A DNA stretch of 64,000 bases from Macrostomum hystrix (GCA_950097015.1 CATNEN010000001.1:10354001-10418000), one strand, 5' to 3'. Positions 10,588 through 23,117 are shown, numbered from the stretch's first letter. Notes: a model not told the origin generated them from the letters alone. Translations and numbers: made by a program.

Positions 10588-13500
10588 ATGAAGCATTTTC
10601 TACATGCTCAAAATGAATGCAACATTTCAGCGGCATCAGCCAATTACAACACTCCTGCGACTTGTCCAGGAGCAGCAGCGAATATGAAACCCAAGTGCCC
10701 AGCCAAAGCAAAGCCAAGAAAGTTGCGAAATCAACAAAAAGCTAAATGCACCAACAATACTACTTTAGAGAGTACTAGAAGTAGTAGAAAGCATGGATTC
10801 CGACTTAGTCGCTTAAATTTATCTCCGGAGGAGACCTTTTGTATCGGCAACGTCATCGGCGGTGCATCCACTAGCGACGTTGTATTGAAGCCAACTAAAA
10901 ATTATCTGACAAGATCGCAAAAACAAAATCAGCAGCAGCCACAGAAAGATGCAGAGCTGGAGAATGATGAAGTGTTAGATAGTACTCTAGTGCTTAGTCA
11001 GACGAACTTGCGCACTTGTGCGACATCCAACAAGTCTCAGGGTGCTAAGTTATCGTCGAAGAACTCTGTTCTTTTAAATTCGCCGATTCCCTCTGACAGC
11101 ATGTTGAATTGTTCACCCGTTGTTGTCTCTGCGTCTCGAGCTGCCACCAAAGCTGCGGTGGTTCGCGTCGTTCGTCGTCGATTACGAGCTGTGCGGCAGT
11201 CTACCGAGGTCAGTTCGCCTAGTCCCAATCGACCTGAGACCTCTAAGACGACTGATCCACCCCAGCAAGCTCCTTTGGAAACACTGGCATCCTTTTCAGC
11301 TGCGCCACTTGCAAATGAAGGCTCTGCCACTTGTGTGAAGCCGCTACAGAATGTCCACGCTGCGAGGCGGTCTAACAGTGTGCCTGTACCACGTGTTCTG
11401 GAGCTGTCTTCAATTGTAGGCGACAGCGTTGCTGCCACTGGCAATGTTGCAATGTCCACCATGGTAGTGCAGTACGGAGCCAGCGGGCGCCATCGCATTC
11501 GGTCTAAACTATCCGATGATGCAACGTCTGATAGGCTACCCTCGAATACTTCTGCGATAAAAGTTGCTTCTAGCTCGAGAGAAACTAATCGAAAAATTCG
11601 ATCCAATATTGTCAGCAGAAGTAGGGCGACTGAGATTGAGAAAGACCAACACTCTGATGTAGGCGCTGCAGCAGTGGAAGCTAGTTGTTCTTCTCGACCT
11701 AACATTACAAATCTAAACCGTCAGTCTATGGAGCAACGTATAAAACATTCGATGTCTGAATCAGAACAGTCTCAGATTGTTATTAGTCCTGACAATGGAT
11801 GTTTAGTTAATTCAACTTCGATGGTAGACGATGGCGAATTTGTGTCGAAGGCTAGTACACAGGCCTCAAACAGTAGCAAGATTTCGAGATCTGTTGACTG
11901 TCCAATTGACACTGCGACAGTAGCTGTCGAAGCGGTGACTGCTTCTATGCCATCTGCTCACACTGTCAGCTGTGCTGCTGAGTCAGCTAGTTCTCAGCTA
12001 AGTTGCAAATCCACCAGTGCTAATAGAACAAAAGAACCTCGCGCAAAGCTAATGGCTCCTTCAACGGTTATTCAAAGTAGTAGTCGCAGTTGCTGCCAAT
12101 TCGATCGCAACAGAGAGCGCAGCAGAAAACTAGAAGCAACTAGGAGCAGTTTATTGAGACGTTGCCTTCTTCGTAACAGCTTATCTATTGATCGCGACTC
12201 AATCGCTGGCCGAGTTAACCAACCAGTCAATGAAGCATCGACGGCATCGAACTCAATACTAGATGGCGATAAGCCAGATACTTCTGTTCAAAAGCAAGTC
12301 GGTTTTGTCTCTTCTCAACTATCTCCAAGCGAGAATTTCTCGCCGAATGACGATTCGCGTGTAAATTTGTCTAGACTAGAAATGGCGTCTTCCAATCTCC
12401 TATTGCAAGCTAGTTATGACGTCAACAGTGCAGGCAATAGTGAGGAGTCAAGATTGAAAGCGTCAGTTATGAAGCAAAGGTGCGACTCTGTGGGTAGTGA
12501 CAGTCCTGCTAAAATTGAATCTTTACCGTTAAGAGATAACCTTGAAGCCACTGGCTTTACTGATGGAGAACCTGATAGCGTACAGCAGAAACAGGATCCA
12601 GGCGATAGTTGCGCTTCTAGTGAAAGTTTAGTCGTCCAATCAAGTAACGATTCAAGTGCTGTATTACAAGCTAGCTGCCTCAATGGTGCTAACGAGTCGC
12701 CTAGCAAATCCATCTTGCCAGAAGATACAGTAGATGAGAATCTATGTTTAAGCATCAATGTCTATCCAGGTGATACGTTCAGCCAATCACAAAGCGACGA
12801 CAAAGAGCTTGTGTCTGACGACTCCGCTGAGACTTCTGCTACTAGTCTGTTGCCAACAGCTGGCAAAGCCAGTGCGACCAATGCTAGCTTGACTTCTGTT
12901 GATCTCAGTCAGACTAGCACAGACGATGAGGATAAAGATGAAGCTGCCAATGCTTCAAACTGCTCCGTGTATTTCGATGCCGCATCCCTGCATGATGAGG
13001 GCAGCCAATCAGATGACTACGGTAGCCAACCTTTTAAGACAACATCGATTGTTACACCATCGGATAGTGAGTCCAGTTTGCGATCAGAAGCTTATGTTGG
13101 TTACAGTCTTCGAAGCAGACCAAATTACAGATCCGATGCGATCCAATCAGGCCAGTCCACTCAACTTAGTAACCAGTCGGATGTTAGTACTGACCGAAAA
13201 TTCAAACGCACAAAATCTGCTTCCGGTTCTTCTCATCTAGTCAACGAAAGCAATTGTCAGCAGCTAACTCTACAACCGGAAGTAGCCGGATGCCGAAGTG
13301 AAGAGCTGGTCAACAGTGCTGCTGGTGAATGTTTGCTTACGGATAAGATCTTGCAGCCTGGTGTTTTGTCGACTAGCTTCAGTTTCCCGCAAAAGAAGCT
13401 GAACTTTACGTCGTGCGACTCTCAAATATGCCAACAGAGTCTAAATCGTAAGTCTACACCGGAAGTCGCTAGCAGCCTAAAGGATCAATCGATTTCACCA

Positions 13501-16500
13501 TGTCTTCTAGAAGACAGGAGTCTGCAACCAGGCGTTCCTATCAGAAGATGCAGTCGGCGGCAATTCGCTGACACACCGTCCACATCTAAGCAAGGTGAAC
13601 AGTCTGATGTTGCTTGCAGCCACAGCATCCTGCAAAGCCATGCTACGCCAAATGCATCTTTGCTTAGCGACAAAAGTTCGCTAGAAAATATTGGTACCGA
13701 CTGTATGCTGCAGCGAAGGCAGAATTTAACCTACTCCGCATCTAAGCTGAACCAGCAAATTCAGGAACAGAATGTCTGTGTTAGTTCCAGCATCCGGCAA
13801 TGCAATAATACCTATCGGCTAAACGCCAAAAGTCCACAGTCGGGTGCAACTGTCCATAGCCGCAGTTTGCGACACCCTAAAGTGTATTATTCAGCATCAG
13901 CTGCAGCTAAACTAAGCCAACAAAGTCAACAATCAGAAGGCATTAGCAGCCTCGATTTACAGCTGACCACTGTTGCATCTGATGCGCCAGTGTTGAAAGC
14001 GAAAACTTTACAGTCGGAGGTCATACATGATGGCAACGGTAATTTGCGGCAAAAACAGTACTGTGCTACGGCAACATCTCAGCTCGATGCTAATGTCCAA
14101 AGTGTTGAATCGGAAGTTGCAGCTTTGCAGTCTGAAATATCAGCGTCTCCAACTCTTAATCTGTCCAGTGCAACTGTAAAGCCTGCAGTTCCCGTTGTCA
14201 GCGCGCGGAGGTGTGCTAATTCTACGTTTACAATTTCCGAAACTGAGGATCTAATGTCCACCCAGCAACCGGAATCCCTCAATGTTAGTCGCGTGGATTC
14301 ACGAGATTCAACAGTGAACTATGTCGAGTGTCATTCTGATAGTTGGTTAATCAGTCAAAGCTCTGAGCCATGTGGTCAAGCCGGTTGCAAAACTCCAGAC
14401 TTGTCATCAACCGCTATTCTAACACCGAGTGCGAGCCGCGTTGACAAGGAGAATTGCGCACGAATCACAATAGCCAAAGGCGATGCTTTACGTGACCGGT
14501 CCTTTGTTCGTTCGAGTTCTCAGCCTGTGCTCAGTAGCTTGCAACGCTGTCGCTCAGCAATTTTAGCCTCGCCTGCAAAATCAGTTTTTGCATCAGTTAT
14601 GCCTGCTAGAAAAACCGAAGAAATCGCTTTTGCGATTACGAAAAATAAAGAGCCAGTACTTGTAGACGAATCTGTTCAATGGAGCGAGCCTTCTCCAACT
14701 GCGATTTGCAGCAGCAACAACCGGTCGGAATTCTACGAGACTGAGCTGGAGATGTCAGTCAATGATTCTTCTATTCGACGTCAATATTTAGACTCTGTGC
14801 ATGCGTCAAACTTGTACACCACTGTGGACGAACAGACAGTAGACGATGCCAATATTCGACAGGAACTGATACCCTCTGTTAGACGTCGACCACAGCGCGA
14901 AACAATTTTAAATGCTGACAGTAGCAGGCCTTCTTCTACATCCATAATCGACCCAGCCAGTGTCGCTGCTGAAACGCCTTCTAAGCCAGACGACAGTGTC
15001 CACGCTACTGAAGACAATCAACCAGTTTTAGTAGACGAATCGATTCAGTTCAATGGTCCGTCACTAGCTGTAAGGATCAGTATTCCTAGTGCTTATGGAA
15101 ACTATTCAGGCGCTGCCTTATCATCGAAGTTTTACAAAACAGAATACGAACAGTCTGTCAATGACTCATCTATTCGACGAAAATATTTGGACTCTGTACA
15201 TGCGTCTAATTTGTTTGCAACTGAAGCAGAATGGACAGTCGAAGATGCCATCGTCCGAAAAGAGCTAATACCATCTATTAGTCGGCAGCCGCACCAAATG
15301 CAGACGGAACAGGACGAAGAGGTTGCTAATATGGCTACCTATCTAACCGAAGCCGAGTTCACTGTTTACGACAGCCGGGTGCGAGGTCAGTATCTGTCCT
15401 CCTGGCGAGAATCTGGCATGTTTGTCACGGTTGATGCCGAGGTCACTGTCGATCAGTCGTCTATTAGGCGTCTATATTTACCGTCGATTTTAAATCCATC
15501 CGGACCAGATGTCGATGAGTCGTTGCCTCTACAGTTGATGGTCAGGTCGATGCATGTTGGGCTAGAGGATCATTCAGAGATAACTGACGATGGTCAACAG
15601 TCTGTCAAGCCGGTGTCGGCTAAATCAGAATCCAAGATTGACACAGGAGCAGGAGAGAATGTGTGTCTAGCAAAAGCCACGCTCAGTGACACCGAAGCTT
15701 CTTGTCACGGACAGTTAAATCAACTCGGAAACAATCGATCTGCATGTGTTGGACTAGAATCGGAAAATCTTGCCAAGCGTGTTGAGAACTTGCGCCAACA
15801 AACGGTAGCAACGCGTAGCGACAATCTCACTAATAACAGGCCGTCACAAGCTCAAAAAGAATCTAGTAGTTCTTTGGCATTGTGCAGCAGACAGGAGTTA
15901 GCTCTAGTGCCCGCTAGGCCGAATGCACAGAGTTACGCTGAGGCAGTACTCACGGACGATGACTCTCTTGAATCATCGGGCAGTAAGCAATCAATCGAGC
16001 CAGCTGAGTCTTCTGCTCAACCAGAGTCTTGCACTGAACCGGCTGCTTCAACTGCTATAGCCGGCGTTGCTGCCAGTCTTCTAAAATCTGAGAAGAGAGC
16101 TCTGCGTAGCAAGAAACTTTCCAGCGCTGTCAATGATGCTCAGTCGTCGAGTCCGGTTAGGAACGCTTGTACAGAGGCTACCGATGACAGTGTTGTTAAA
16201 TCGGTGGACTCAGCCAAAGTTGAGGATTGTCTAGTCCATTTTAGCGACGGCTGCAGTCGATCTCCAACTCAACTCTTACCACTGGAGTCTTATAGTTTCT
16301 TTTGCGACGATCGTGGCGTAGAATTCGATTTGGCGGCGTTGCAAAATGTCGAACTGTCCACTAGCATTTTGGACGAATATCGATCCGCGGTTGCTAAGCA
16401 ATCGGTTGAGACTAAAGCCGTGAGGCGTAGTGCCAGACAATTCAATAATCCGCCGATTCGACTAAAGAAGCCGAATAACAAGATTTGCGTGTTCGGCTAT

Positions 16501-16605
16501 ATCAAACATCCTGTACGAGTGATGGACAAGGTTCTCATCGGCTTTCTCGACACTAAAGAGCACGCCAAGTTAAAGCAATTGTTGGCTAAGAAGAGTTACG
16601 TATGA
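10588..16605 (+). CDS. 2005-aa Ser-rich, largely disordered protein of unknown function (single uninterrupted ORF)
   Basis: 6-kb ORF that is not a DNA tandem repeat, flanked by AT-rich DNA. It has a diverged internal protein repeat (14730-15490) and a basic/hydrophobic C-terminal tail. I recognise no known domain. Confidence 0.8.
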   Translation: MKHFLHAQNECNISAASANYNTPATCPGAAANMKPKCPAKAKPRKLRNQQKAKCTNNTTLESTRSSRKHGFRLSRLNLSPEETFCIGNVIGGASTSDVVLKPTKNYLTRSQKQNQQQPQKDAELENDEVLDSTLVLSQTNLRTCATSNKSQGAKLSSKNSVLLNSPIPSDSMLNCSPVVVSASRAATKAAVVRVVRRRLRAVRQSTEVSSPSPNRPETSKTTDPPQQAPLETLASFSAAPLANEGSATCVKPLQNVHAARRSNSVPVPRVLELSSIVGDSVAATGNVAMSTMVVQYGASGRHRIRSKLSDDATSDRLPSNTSAIKVASSSRETNRKIRSNIVSRSRATEIEKDQHSDVGAAAVEASCSSRPNITNLNRQSMEQRIKHSMSESEQSQIVISPDNGCLVNSTSMVDDGEFVSKASTQASNSSKISRSVDCPIDTATVAVEAVTASMPSAHTVSCAAESASSQLSCKSTSANRTKEPRAKLMAPSTVIQSSSRSCCQFDRNRERSRKLEATRSSLLRRCLLRNSLSIDRDSIAGRVNQPVNEASTASNSILDGDKPDTSVQKQVGFVSSQLSPSENFSPNDDSRVNLSRLEMASSNLLLQASYDVNSAGNSEESRLKASVMKQRCDSVGSDSPAKIESLPLRDNLEATGFTDGEPDSVQQKQDPGDSCASSESLVVQSSNDSSAVLQASCLNGANESPSKSILPEDTVDENLCLSINVYPGDTFSQSQSDDKELVSDDSAETSATSLLPTAGKASATNASLTSVDLSQTSTDDEDKDEAANASNCSVYFDAASLHDEGSQSDDYGSQPFKTTSIVTPSDSESSLRSEAYVGYSLRSRPNYRSDAIQSGQSTQLSNQSDVSTDRKFKRTKSASGSSHLVNESNCQQLTLQPEVAGCRSEELVNSAAGECLLTDKILQPGVLSTSFSFPQKKLNFTSCDSQICQQSLNRKSTPEVASSLKDQSISPCLLEDRSLQPGVPIRRCSRRQFADTPSTSKQGEQSDVACSHSILQSHATPNASLLSDKSSLENIGTDCMLQRRQNLTYSASKLNQQIQEQNVCVSSSIRQCNNTYRLNAKSPQSGATVHSRSLRHPKVYYSASAAAKLSQQSQQSEGISSLDLQLTTVASDAPVLKAKTLQSEVIHDGNGNLRQKQYCATATSQLDANVQSVESEVAALQSEISASPTLNLSSATVKPAVPVVSARRCANSTFTISETEDLMSTQQPESLNVSRVDSRDSTVNYVECHSDSWLISQSSEPCGQAGCKTPDLSSTAILTPSASRVDKENCARITIAKGDALRDRSFVRSSSQPVLSSLQRCRSAILASPAKSVFASVMPARKTEEIAFAITKNKEPVLVDESVQWSEPSPTAICSSNNRSEFYETELEMSVNDSSIRRQYLDSVHASNLYTTVDEQTVDDANIRQELIPSVRRRPQRETILNADSSRPSSTSIIDPASVAAETPSKPDDSVHATEDNQPVLVDESIQFNGPSLAVRISIPSAYGNYSGAALSSKFYKTEYEQSVNDSSIRRKYLDSVHASNLFATEAEWTVEDAIVRKELIPSISRQPHQMQTEQDEEVANMATYLTEAEFTVYDSRVRGQYLSSWRESGMFVTVDAEVTVDQSSIRRLYLPSILNPSGPDVDESLPLQLMVRSMHVGLEDHSEITDDGQQSVKPVSAKSESKIDTGAGENVCLAKATLSDTEASCHGQLNQLGNNRSACVGLESENLAKRVENLRQQTVATRSDNLTNNRPSQAQKESSSSLALCSRQELALVPARPNAQSYAEAVLTDDDSLESSGSKQSIEPAESSAQPESCTEPAASTAIAGVAASLLKSEKRALRSKKLSSAVNDAQSSSPVRNACTEATDDSVVKSVDSAKVEDCLVHFSDGCSRSPTQLLPLESYSFFCDDRGVEFDLAALQNVELSTSILDEYRSAVAKQSVETKAVRRSARQFNNPPIRLKKPNNKICVFGYIKHPVRVMDKVLIGFLDTKEHAKLKQLLAKKSYV

Positions 16606-16712
16606 CCTTGTAATGTTGCTCAATATTTCCTACGGATTTATTTTCTGCAGTCCGAATTTTTCTGTAACCAGTTGATTTTATTACTCTCAAGCTCCCTTAT
16701 GACACCTGAATG

Positions 16713-18514
16713 GATTCACAAACTGGTTTAGTGTGACACTGATTCACAAACTGGTTTAGTGTGACACTGACACTGATTCACAAACTGATTTAGTGTGACA
16801 CTGATTCACAAACTGATTTAGTGTGACACTGATTCACAAACTGGTTTAGTGTGACACTGATTCACAAACTGGTTTAGTGTGACACTGATTCACAAACTGA
16901 TTTAGTGTGACACTGACTAGGATTCACAAACTGATTTAGTGTGACACTGACTAGGATTCACAAACTGGTTTAGTGTGACACTGATTCACAAACTGGTTTA
17001 GTGTGACACTGATTCACAAACTGGTTTAGTGTGACACTGATTCACAAACTGATTTAGTGTGACACTGACTAGGATTCACAAACTGATTTAGTGTGACACT
17101 GACTAGGATTCACAAACTGGTTTAGTGTGACACTGATTCACAAACTGGTTTAGTGTGACACTGATTCACAAACTGGTTTAGTGTGACACTGATTCACAAA
17201 CTGATTTAGTGTGACACTGACTAGGATTCACAAACTGATTTAGTGTGACACTGACTAGGATTCACAAACTGGTTTAGTGTGACACTGATTCACAAACTGG
17301 TTTAGTGTGACACTGATTCACAAACTGGTTTAGTGTGACACTGATTCACAAACTGATTTAGTGTGACACTGACTAGGATTCACAAACTGATTTAGTGTGA
17401 CACTGACTAGGATTCACAAACTGGTTTAGTGTGACACTGATTCACAAACTGGTTTAGTGTGACACTGATTCACAAACTGGTTTAGTGTGACACTGATTCA
17501 CAAACTGATTTAGTGTGACACTGACTAGGATTCACAAACTGATTTAGTGTGACACTGACTAGGATTCACAAACTGATTTAGTGTGACACTGACTAGGATT
17601 CACAAACTGGTTTAGTGTGACACTGATTCACAAACTGGTTTAGTGTGACACTGATTCACAAACTGATTTAGTGTGACACTGACTAGGATTCACAAACTGG
17701 TTTAGTGTGACACTGATTCACAAACTGATTTAGTGTGACACTGACTAGGATTCACAAACTGATTTAGTGTGACACTGACTAGGATTCACAAACTGGTTTA
17801 GTGTGACACTGATTCACAAACTGGTTTAGTGTGACACTGATTCACAAACTGATTTAGTGTGACACTGACTAGGATTCACAAACTGGTTTAGTGTGACACT
17901 GATTCACAAAATGGTTTAGTGTGACACTGACTAGGATTCACAAACTGGTTTAGTGTGACACTGATTCACAAACTGGTTTAGTGTGACACTGATTCACAAA
18001 CTGGTTTAGTGTGACACTGATTCACAAACTGATTTAGTGTGACACTGACTAGGATTCACAAACTGATTTAGTGTGACACTGACTAGGATTCACAAACTGG
18101 TTTAGTGTGACACTGACTAGGATTCACAAACTGGTTTAGTGTGACACTGACTAGGATTCACAAACTGGTTTAGTGTGACACTGACTAGGATTCACAAACT
18201 GGTTTAGTGTGACACTGACTAGGATTCACAAACTGGTTTAGTGTGACACTGACTAGGATTCACAAACTGATTTAGTGTGACACTGACTAGGATTCACAAA
18301 CTGGTTTAGTGTGACACTGACTAGGATTCACAAACTGGTTTAGTGTGACACTGACTAGGATTCACAAACTGGTTTAGTGTGACACTGACTAGGATTCACA
18401 AACTGGTTTAGTGTGACACTGACTAGGATTCACAAACTGGTTTAGTGTGACACTGACTAGGATTCACAAACTGGTTTAGTGTGACACTGACTAGGATTCA
18501 CAAACTGGTTTAGT
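16713..18514. repeat. Minisatellite with 28/34-bp monomers GATTCACAAACTG(G/A)TTTAGTGTGACACT[GACTAG] and a 152-bp higher-order repeat
   Basis: Directly visible. Insert ends at 16920, 17072, 17224, 17376 and 17528 are spaced 152 bp apart. Confidence 0.95.
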
Positions 18515-19009
18515 CACGTGTATTGTTTTGCTTGACCATTAACTTGCAGTTCATAATTTTGTCGATGCAGTCTACTGAAAGTACTGATAAAAGCATTTCT
18601 GTGTACAATTATCTGTCGTGAAAATCTTAATTTTCTATTTTTTTCATCCAAAATTGAGTTCGATAATTAGCATTTAGTTTACTGTTTATTTACAAGTCAA
18701 ATTAAGTCTTGTTTTATAATTGATGCTGCTCTAGCTTTTGTCTTTATGGATTACCTTGGTGCATTATTACGATAATATTTCGCGTGCTGCTGAATTACTT
18801 CATTTAAGCTTATTTTTATTTTTTTCTGCTTTTTCGTTTTTTTAACTGCTGCTAATGGTTAGATAATTATTTACTTGTAATTCACAAATACAATTCATTA
18901 CATGAAAGAATGAATGTAAAGTGTAAAGAACATGTTATCCCCGTTACCATGTGCGAAATAAATTGTTAATCGATTTTCGCTAATTTTTCTTCCTTCTTGT
19001 TCTTAATTT

Positions 19010-19163
19010 ACTGTCTTGTCTGTCTGTCTTGTCTGTCTGTCTTGTCTTGTCTGTCTGTCTGTCTTGTCTTGTCTGTCTGTCTTTCTGTCTGTCTTTCTTT
19101 CTGTCTGTCTTGTCTGTCTGTCTTGTCTGTCTGTCTTGTCTGTCTGTCTGTCTTGTCTGTCTG

Positions 19164-19199
<36 letters not shown>

Positions 19200-19359
19200 T
19201 GTCTGTCTGTGTCTAAGTCTGTCTTTCTTTCTGTCTGTCTTGTCTGTCTGTCTGTCTTGTCTGTCTTGTCTTGTCTGTCTTGTCTGTCTTGTCTTATCTG
19301 TCTGTCTTTCTGTCTGTCTTGTCTGTCTGTCTTGTCTGTCTGTCTGTCCTGTCTGTCTG

Positions 19360-19395
<36 letters not shown>

Positions 19396-19477
19396 TGTCT
19401 GTCTGTGTCTAAGTCTGTCTGTCTTTCTTTCTGTCTGTCTTGTCTGTCTGTCTGTCTTGTCTGTCTTGTCTTGTCTG

Positions 19478-19513
<36 letters not shown>

Positions 19514-19750
19514 TGTCTGTCTGTGTCTAAGTCTGTCTGTCTTTCTTTCTGTCTGTCTTGTCTGTCTGTCTGTCTTGTCTGTCTTGTCTTGTCTGTCTTG
19601 TCTGTCTTGTCTTATCTGTCTGTCTTTCTGTCTGTTTATCTGTAAGTTCTGTCTGTCTGTCTGTGTGTGTCAGTCGGTCTGTCTGTCTTTCTGCCTATCT
19701 GTCTTTCTGTCTGTCTGTCTGTCTGTCTTTCTGTCTGTTTATCTGTAAGT

Positions 19751-19783
<33 letters not shown>

Positions 19784-19932
19784 TTATCTGTAAGTTCTGT
19801 CTGTCTGTCTGTGTGTCTCAGTCGGTCTGTCTGTCTTTCTGCCTATCTGTCTTTCTGTCTGTCTATCTGTAATTTCTGTCTGTCTGTCTGTCTATCTGTA
19901 ATTTCTGTCTGTCTGTCTGTCTATCTGTAAGT

Positions 19933-19967
<35 letters not shown>

Positions 19968-19985
19968 CAGTCTCTCTGTCTGTGT
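19010..19985. repeat. (TGTC)n / (TGTCT)n microsatellite
   Basis: Directly visible. Confidence 0.95.
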
Positions 19986-20809
19986 ACTGTCTACTGTGTA
20001 CAGCTGTTAAGTCGATGGACTATTGGCCACACCCTTAGTTTGGTTTAAGCAGTCCTTATTGCGTCTTGCAATTTTCTGAATAGAACAATTTAAGAATCTA
20101 CATCTGAACATTTGATTTGATGAACTACTTACGTAGTAGAGCGTTTAGGTATTAATTGATATTGATTTCGCGTTACCGTGAAATTCGGAAACTTGACGCC
20201 ATTGAAATTGGATATTGTCTCTCCAGTGTGTAACGGTTGTGTCAGAGGCAAACAACAACAGGTCGTCTATTGTTTATGAGGCTTATATGTATTATATGTG
20301 TATACTGCGCCATGCAATAAATCTACACACTGAGGAGACCTGGCTGTGTTCACGCAACCAAATTCCTTTACTCGGTCGGCTTTGACCTATAATAATAATA
20401 AGCAGATGTTCTTCTGCTTCGTGTGTCGACTATAAGTGAGTGACGGCGATGACTGAGACGTGTGTTTACTCGATTTGAGAACAATATCATTTAGGCCCCC
20501 ATGATAAGTAGATCTAAATTTATCTATTAAATTGTGTTCGTGCTTTGAACACTTCCGTGAAGCTTTTCGTCGACTAAATGATTTCATAACTTCGAATGGA
20601 TAATATCATTTTTGTGCTTATTATTGTTTGCCAGGAATCGCTGTTGCTTTGCCAAGCTTTTGTCGCCAAAGAAGCCATTGGCATCACTTAAGAGTTTATT
20701 ATAAATCGTCTGTCAAATCTTCCACGACTCTCCTAGACTCTTTCTCCCAAACCTATCTTCATCACATCCCATTCCATTCCATCCTATCATTCAATATTCG
20801 TCTCATTTT

Positions 20810-21105
20810 CTTCTTTTGTCCTATCCCAACCCGATATCTCATCTTCCTCCTATCCTCCCAAATCCTTCCCTCCCAATATTCTTCCCATCACATCCCAACC
20901 TCCCATCCCTTCCCATCCCATCCCATCCAACCCAACCCATCCCATGCCATCGCATCCCATTCCATCCCATCCTCCCCTCCCATTCCCCATCACATCCCCA
21001 TCCCATCCTATCTTCTCATCCCATCCCATTCTCCCATCCCATCCCATATTCTTCTCATCTCATATGTATCCCATCCCACCTCTCTCCCCACCCTACTTGT
21101 CCTCC
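20810..21105. repeat. CCCAT-rich low-complexity tract
   Basis: Degenerate (CCCAT)n pyrimidine-rich tract. Confidence 0.75.
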
Positions 21106-21641
21106 CAGTAAGTTATATTTCATAATCGCTGCAATCGTTAAGCGCAATCTATATTATACTTCTCTCCTCCATAGTGTAAATTAATTTTAATCACTATTTT
21201 TAATGGACAAAGCGATCGATTTCGTTAGCCCCGACTTTTATTGTATGCTGTGCAACGCTGCTTATGGCAAGGCTACTCGTACAAAGCTTCAAGTTCGTCA
21301 TTTATAAATTCAATGGTGTGAATTACATCTATGAACTGTTGCCATCTGTATCATTCAGCAATGATAGCTGTTTAAATTTCGATGCTTAGCAACTATTTTT
21401 TTAAGTAGTTAATAAGTGGATTGCCTACGATTTTAAACGCCATTTTGGTATCATACTTTCTTGAAACTGCAAGACCCAAACTACGACCCAATAGGTTGCA
21501 TGTTTCAAGTCTTACTGATTTTCTAAGGGACTTTGTTGACTGCACCCATGAATTTGCGATCTCTCTAACTCCTTTTTACCCTGTATCCTTTCTCTCTACT
21601 ATTCTGAACCCTATTATCTATCATTCTGCCTCTTTGTCCCG

Positions 21642-22580
21642 GCCTCTCACCCTCCTTCCTCTCTCCCTGCCCCTCACCCTCCTTCCTCTCTCCCTGCCTC
21701 TCACCCTCCTTCCTCTCTCCCTGCCCCTCACCCTCCTTCCTCTCTCCCTGCCCCTCACCCTCCTTCCTCTCTCCCTGCCCCTCACCCTCCTTCCTCTCTC
21801 CCTGCCTCTCACCCTCCTTCCTCTCTCCCTGCCCCTCACCCTCCTTCCTCTCTCCCTGCCTCTCACCCTCCTTCCTCTCTCCCTGCCCCTCACCCTCCTT
21901 CCTCTCTCCCTGCCTCTCACCCTCCTTCCTCTCTCCCTGCCCCTCACCCTCCTTCCTCTCTCCCTGCCTCTCACCCTGCCTCTCAACCCTCCTTCCTCTC
22001 TCCCTGCCTCTCACCCTCCTTCCTCTCTCCCTGCCTCTCACCCTCCTTCCTCTCTCCCTGCCCCTCACCCTCCTTCCTCTCTCCCTGCCTCTCACCCTCC
22101 TTCATCTCTCCCTGCCCCTCACCCTCCTTCCTCTCTCCCTGCCTCTCACCCTGCCTCTCAACCCTCCTTCCTCTCTCCCTGCCTCTCACCCTGCCTCTCA
22201 ACCCTCCTTCCTCTCTCCCTGCCTCTGATCACCCTCCTTCCTCTGTCCCTGCCTCTCAACCCTCCTTCCTCTCTCCCTGCCCCTCACCCTCCTTCCTCTC
22301 TCCCTGTCTCATCTCACATGGGATGAGATGGGATGAGCCCTGCCTCTCAACCCTGCTTCCTCTCTCCCTGCCTCTCACCCTGCCTCTCAACCCTCCTTCC
22401 TCTCTCCCTGCCTCTCTCCCTGCCTCTCACCCTCCTTCCTCTCTCCCTGCCCCTCACCCTCCTTCCTCTCTCCCTGCCTCTCACCCTGCCTCTCAACCCT
22501 CCTTCCTCTCTCCCTGCCTCTGATCACCCTCCTTCCTCTGTCCTCTTATTCTCTCTCCCTGCCTCTCACCCTCTTTCTCT
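21642..22580. repeat. 27-bp pyrimidine-rich minisatellite CCTCTCACCCTCCTTCCTCTCTCCCTG
   Basis: Directly visible; gives a 9-aa period in the spurious ORFs. Confidence 0.95.
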
Positions 22581-23117
22581 CACCCCCCTTCGAATAATGT
22601 GTCTCACTAATTATCCAAAGCCCTAAAACGGTGTTCCGCATATTGCGTGTTTGTAGAAAAACTTCCTTTTCTGATCGCAATAAATTTTGCCAATAATAAT
22701 TTTGTTGTGACCAATTTTTATTGGACATCAAATACGTTACAGAGATTTCCGTGGCATGGTACAGTATTAATTACTGTCATTCAAACACAGGAAACACCAA
22801 ATAAATCAGAAGCCAAACACTGCCATTGTGGTTTCGCAACAACCTCAAATTTTTATGACTGCCTGGGATTTTATTGCGACTATAGCGTGAACCTCTGATT
22901 CCATGCAGATTTCTGTACAAAAACTGAAGCAAAGACACGGTTGTAATATCATTCCAATGCACCGCACACACGATATCTAGTCGATCTTTGTTTATGCAAA
23001 AGAAATCATGAAACACAGAAATAATTTCAGTTGTTTTAAGCTGTGTGCCAACCTTGCAAGCTGACTACAGCATATATTGGTCACTCAAGACTGAAGTCAC
23101 TCCGAAGGGATATGGCG

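Noticed and set aside
11037-16481. Antisense and alternate-frame ORFs within the 2005-aa gene
   Set aside because: Shadow ORFs of a long coding sequence with no independent signal.
16713-18514. CRISPR-like array (28-34-bp partly palindromic repeats)
   Set aside because: Repeats are contiguous with no unique spacers, there are no cas genes, and the context is eukaryotic.
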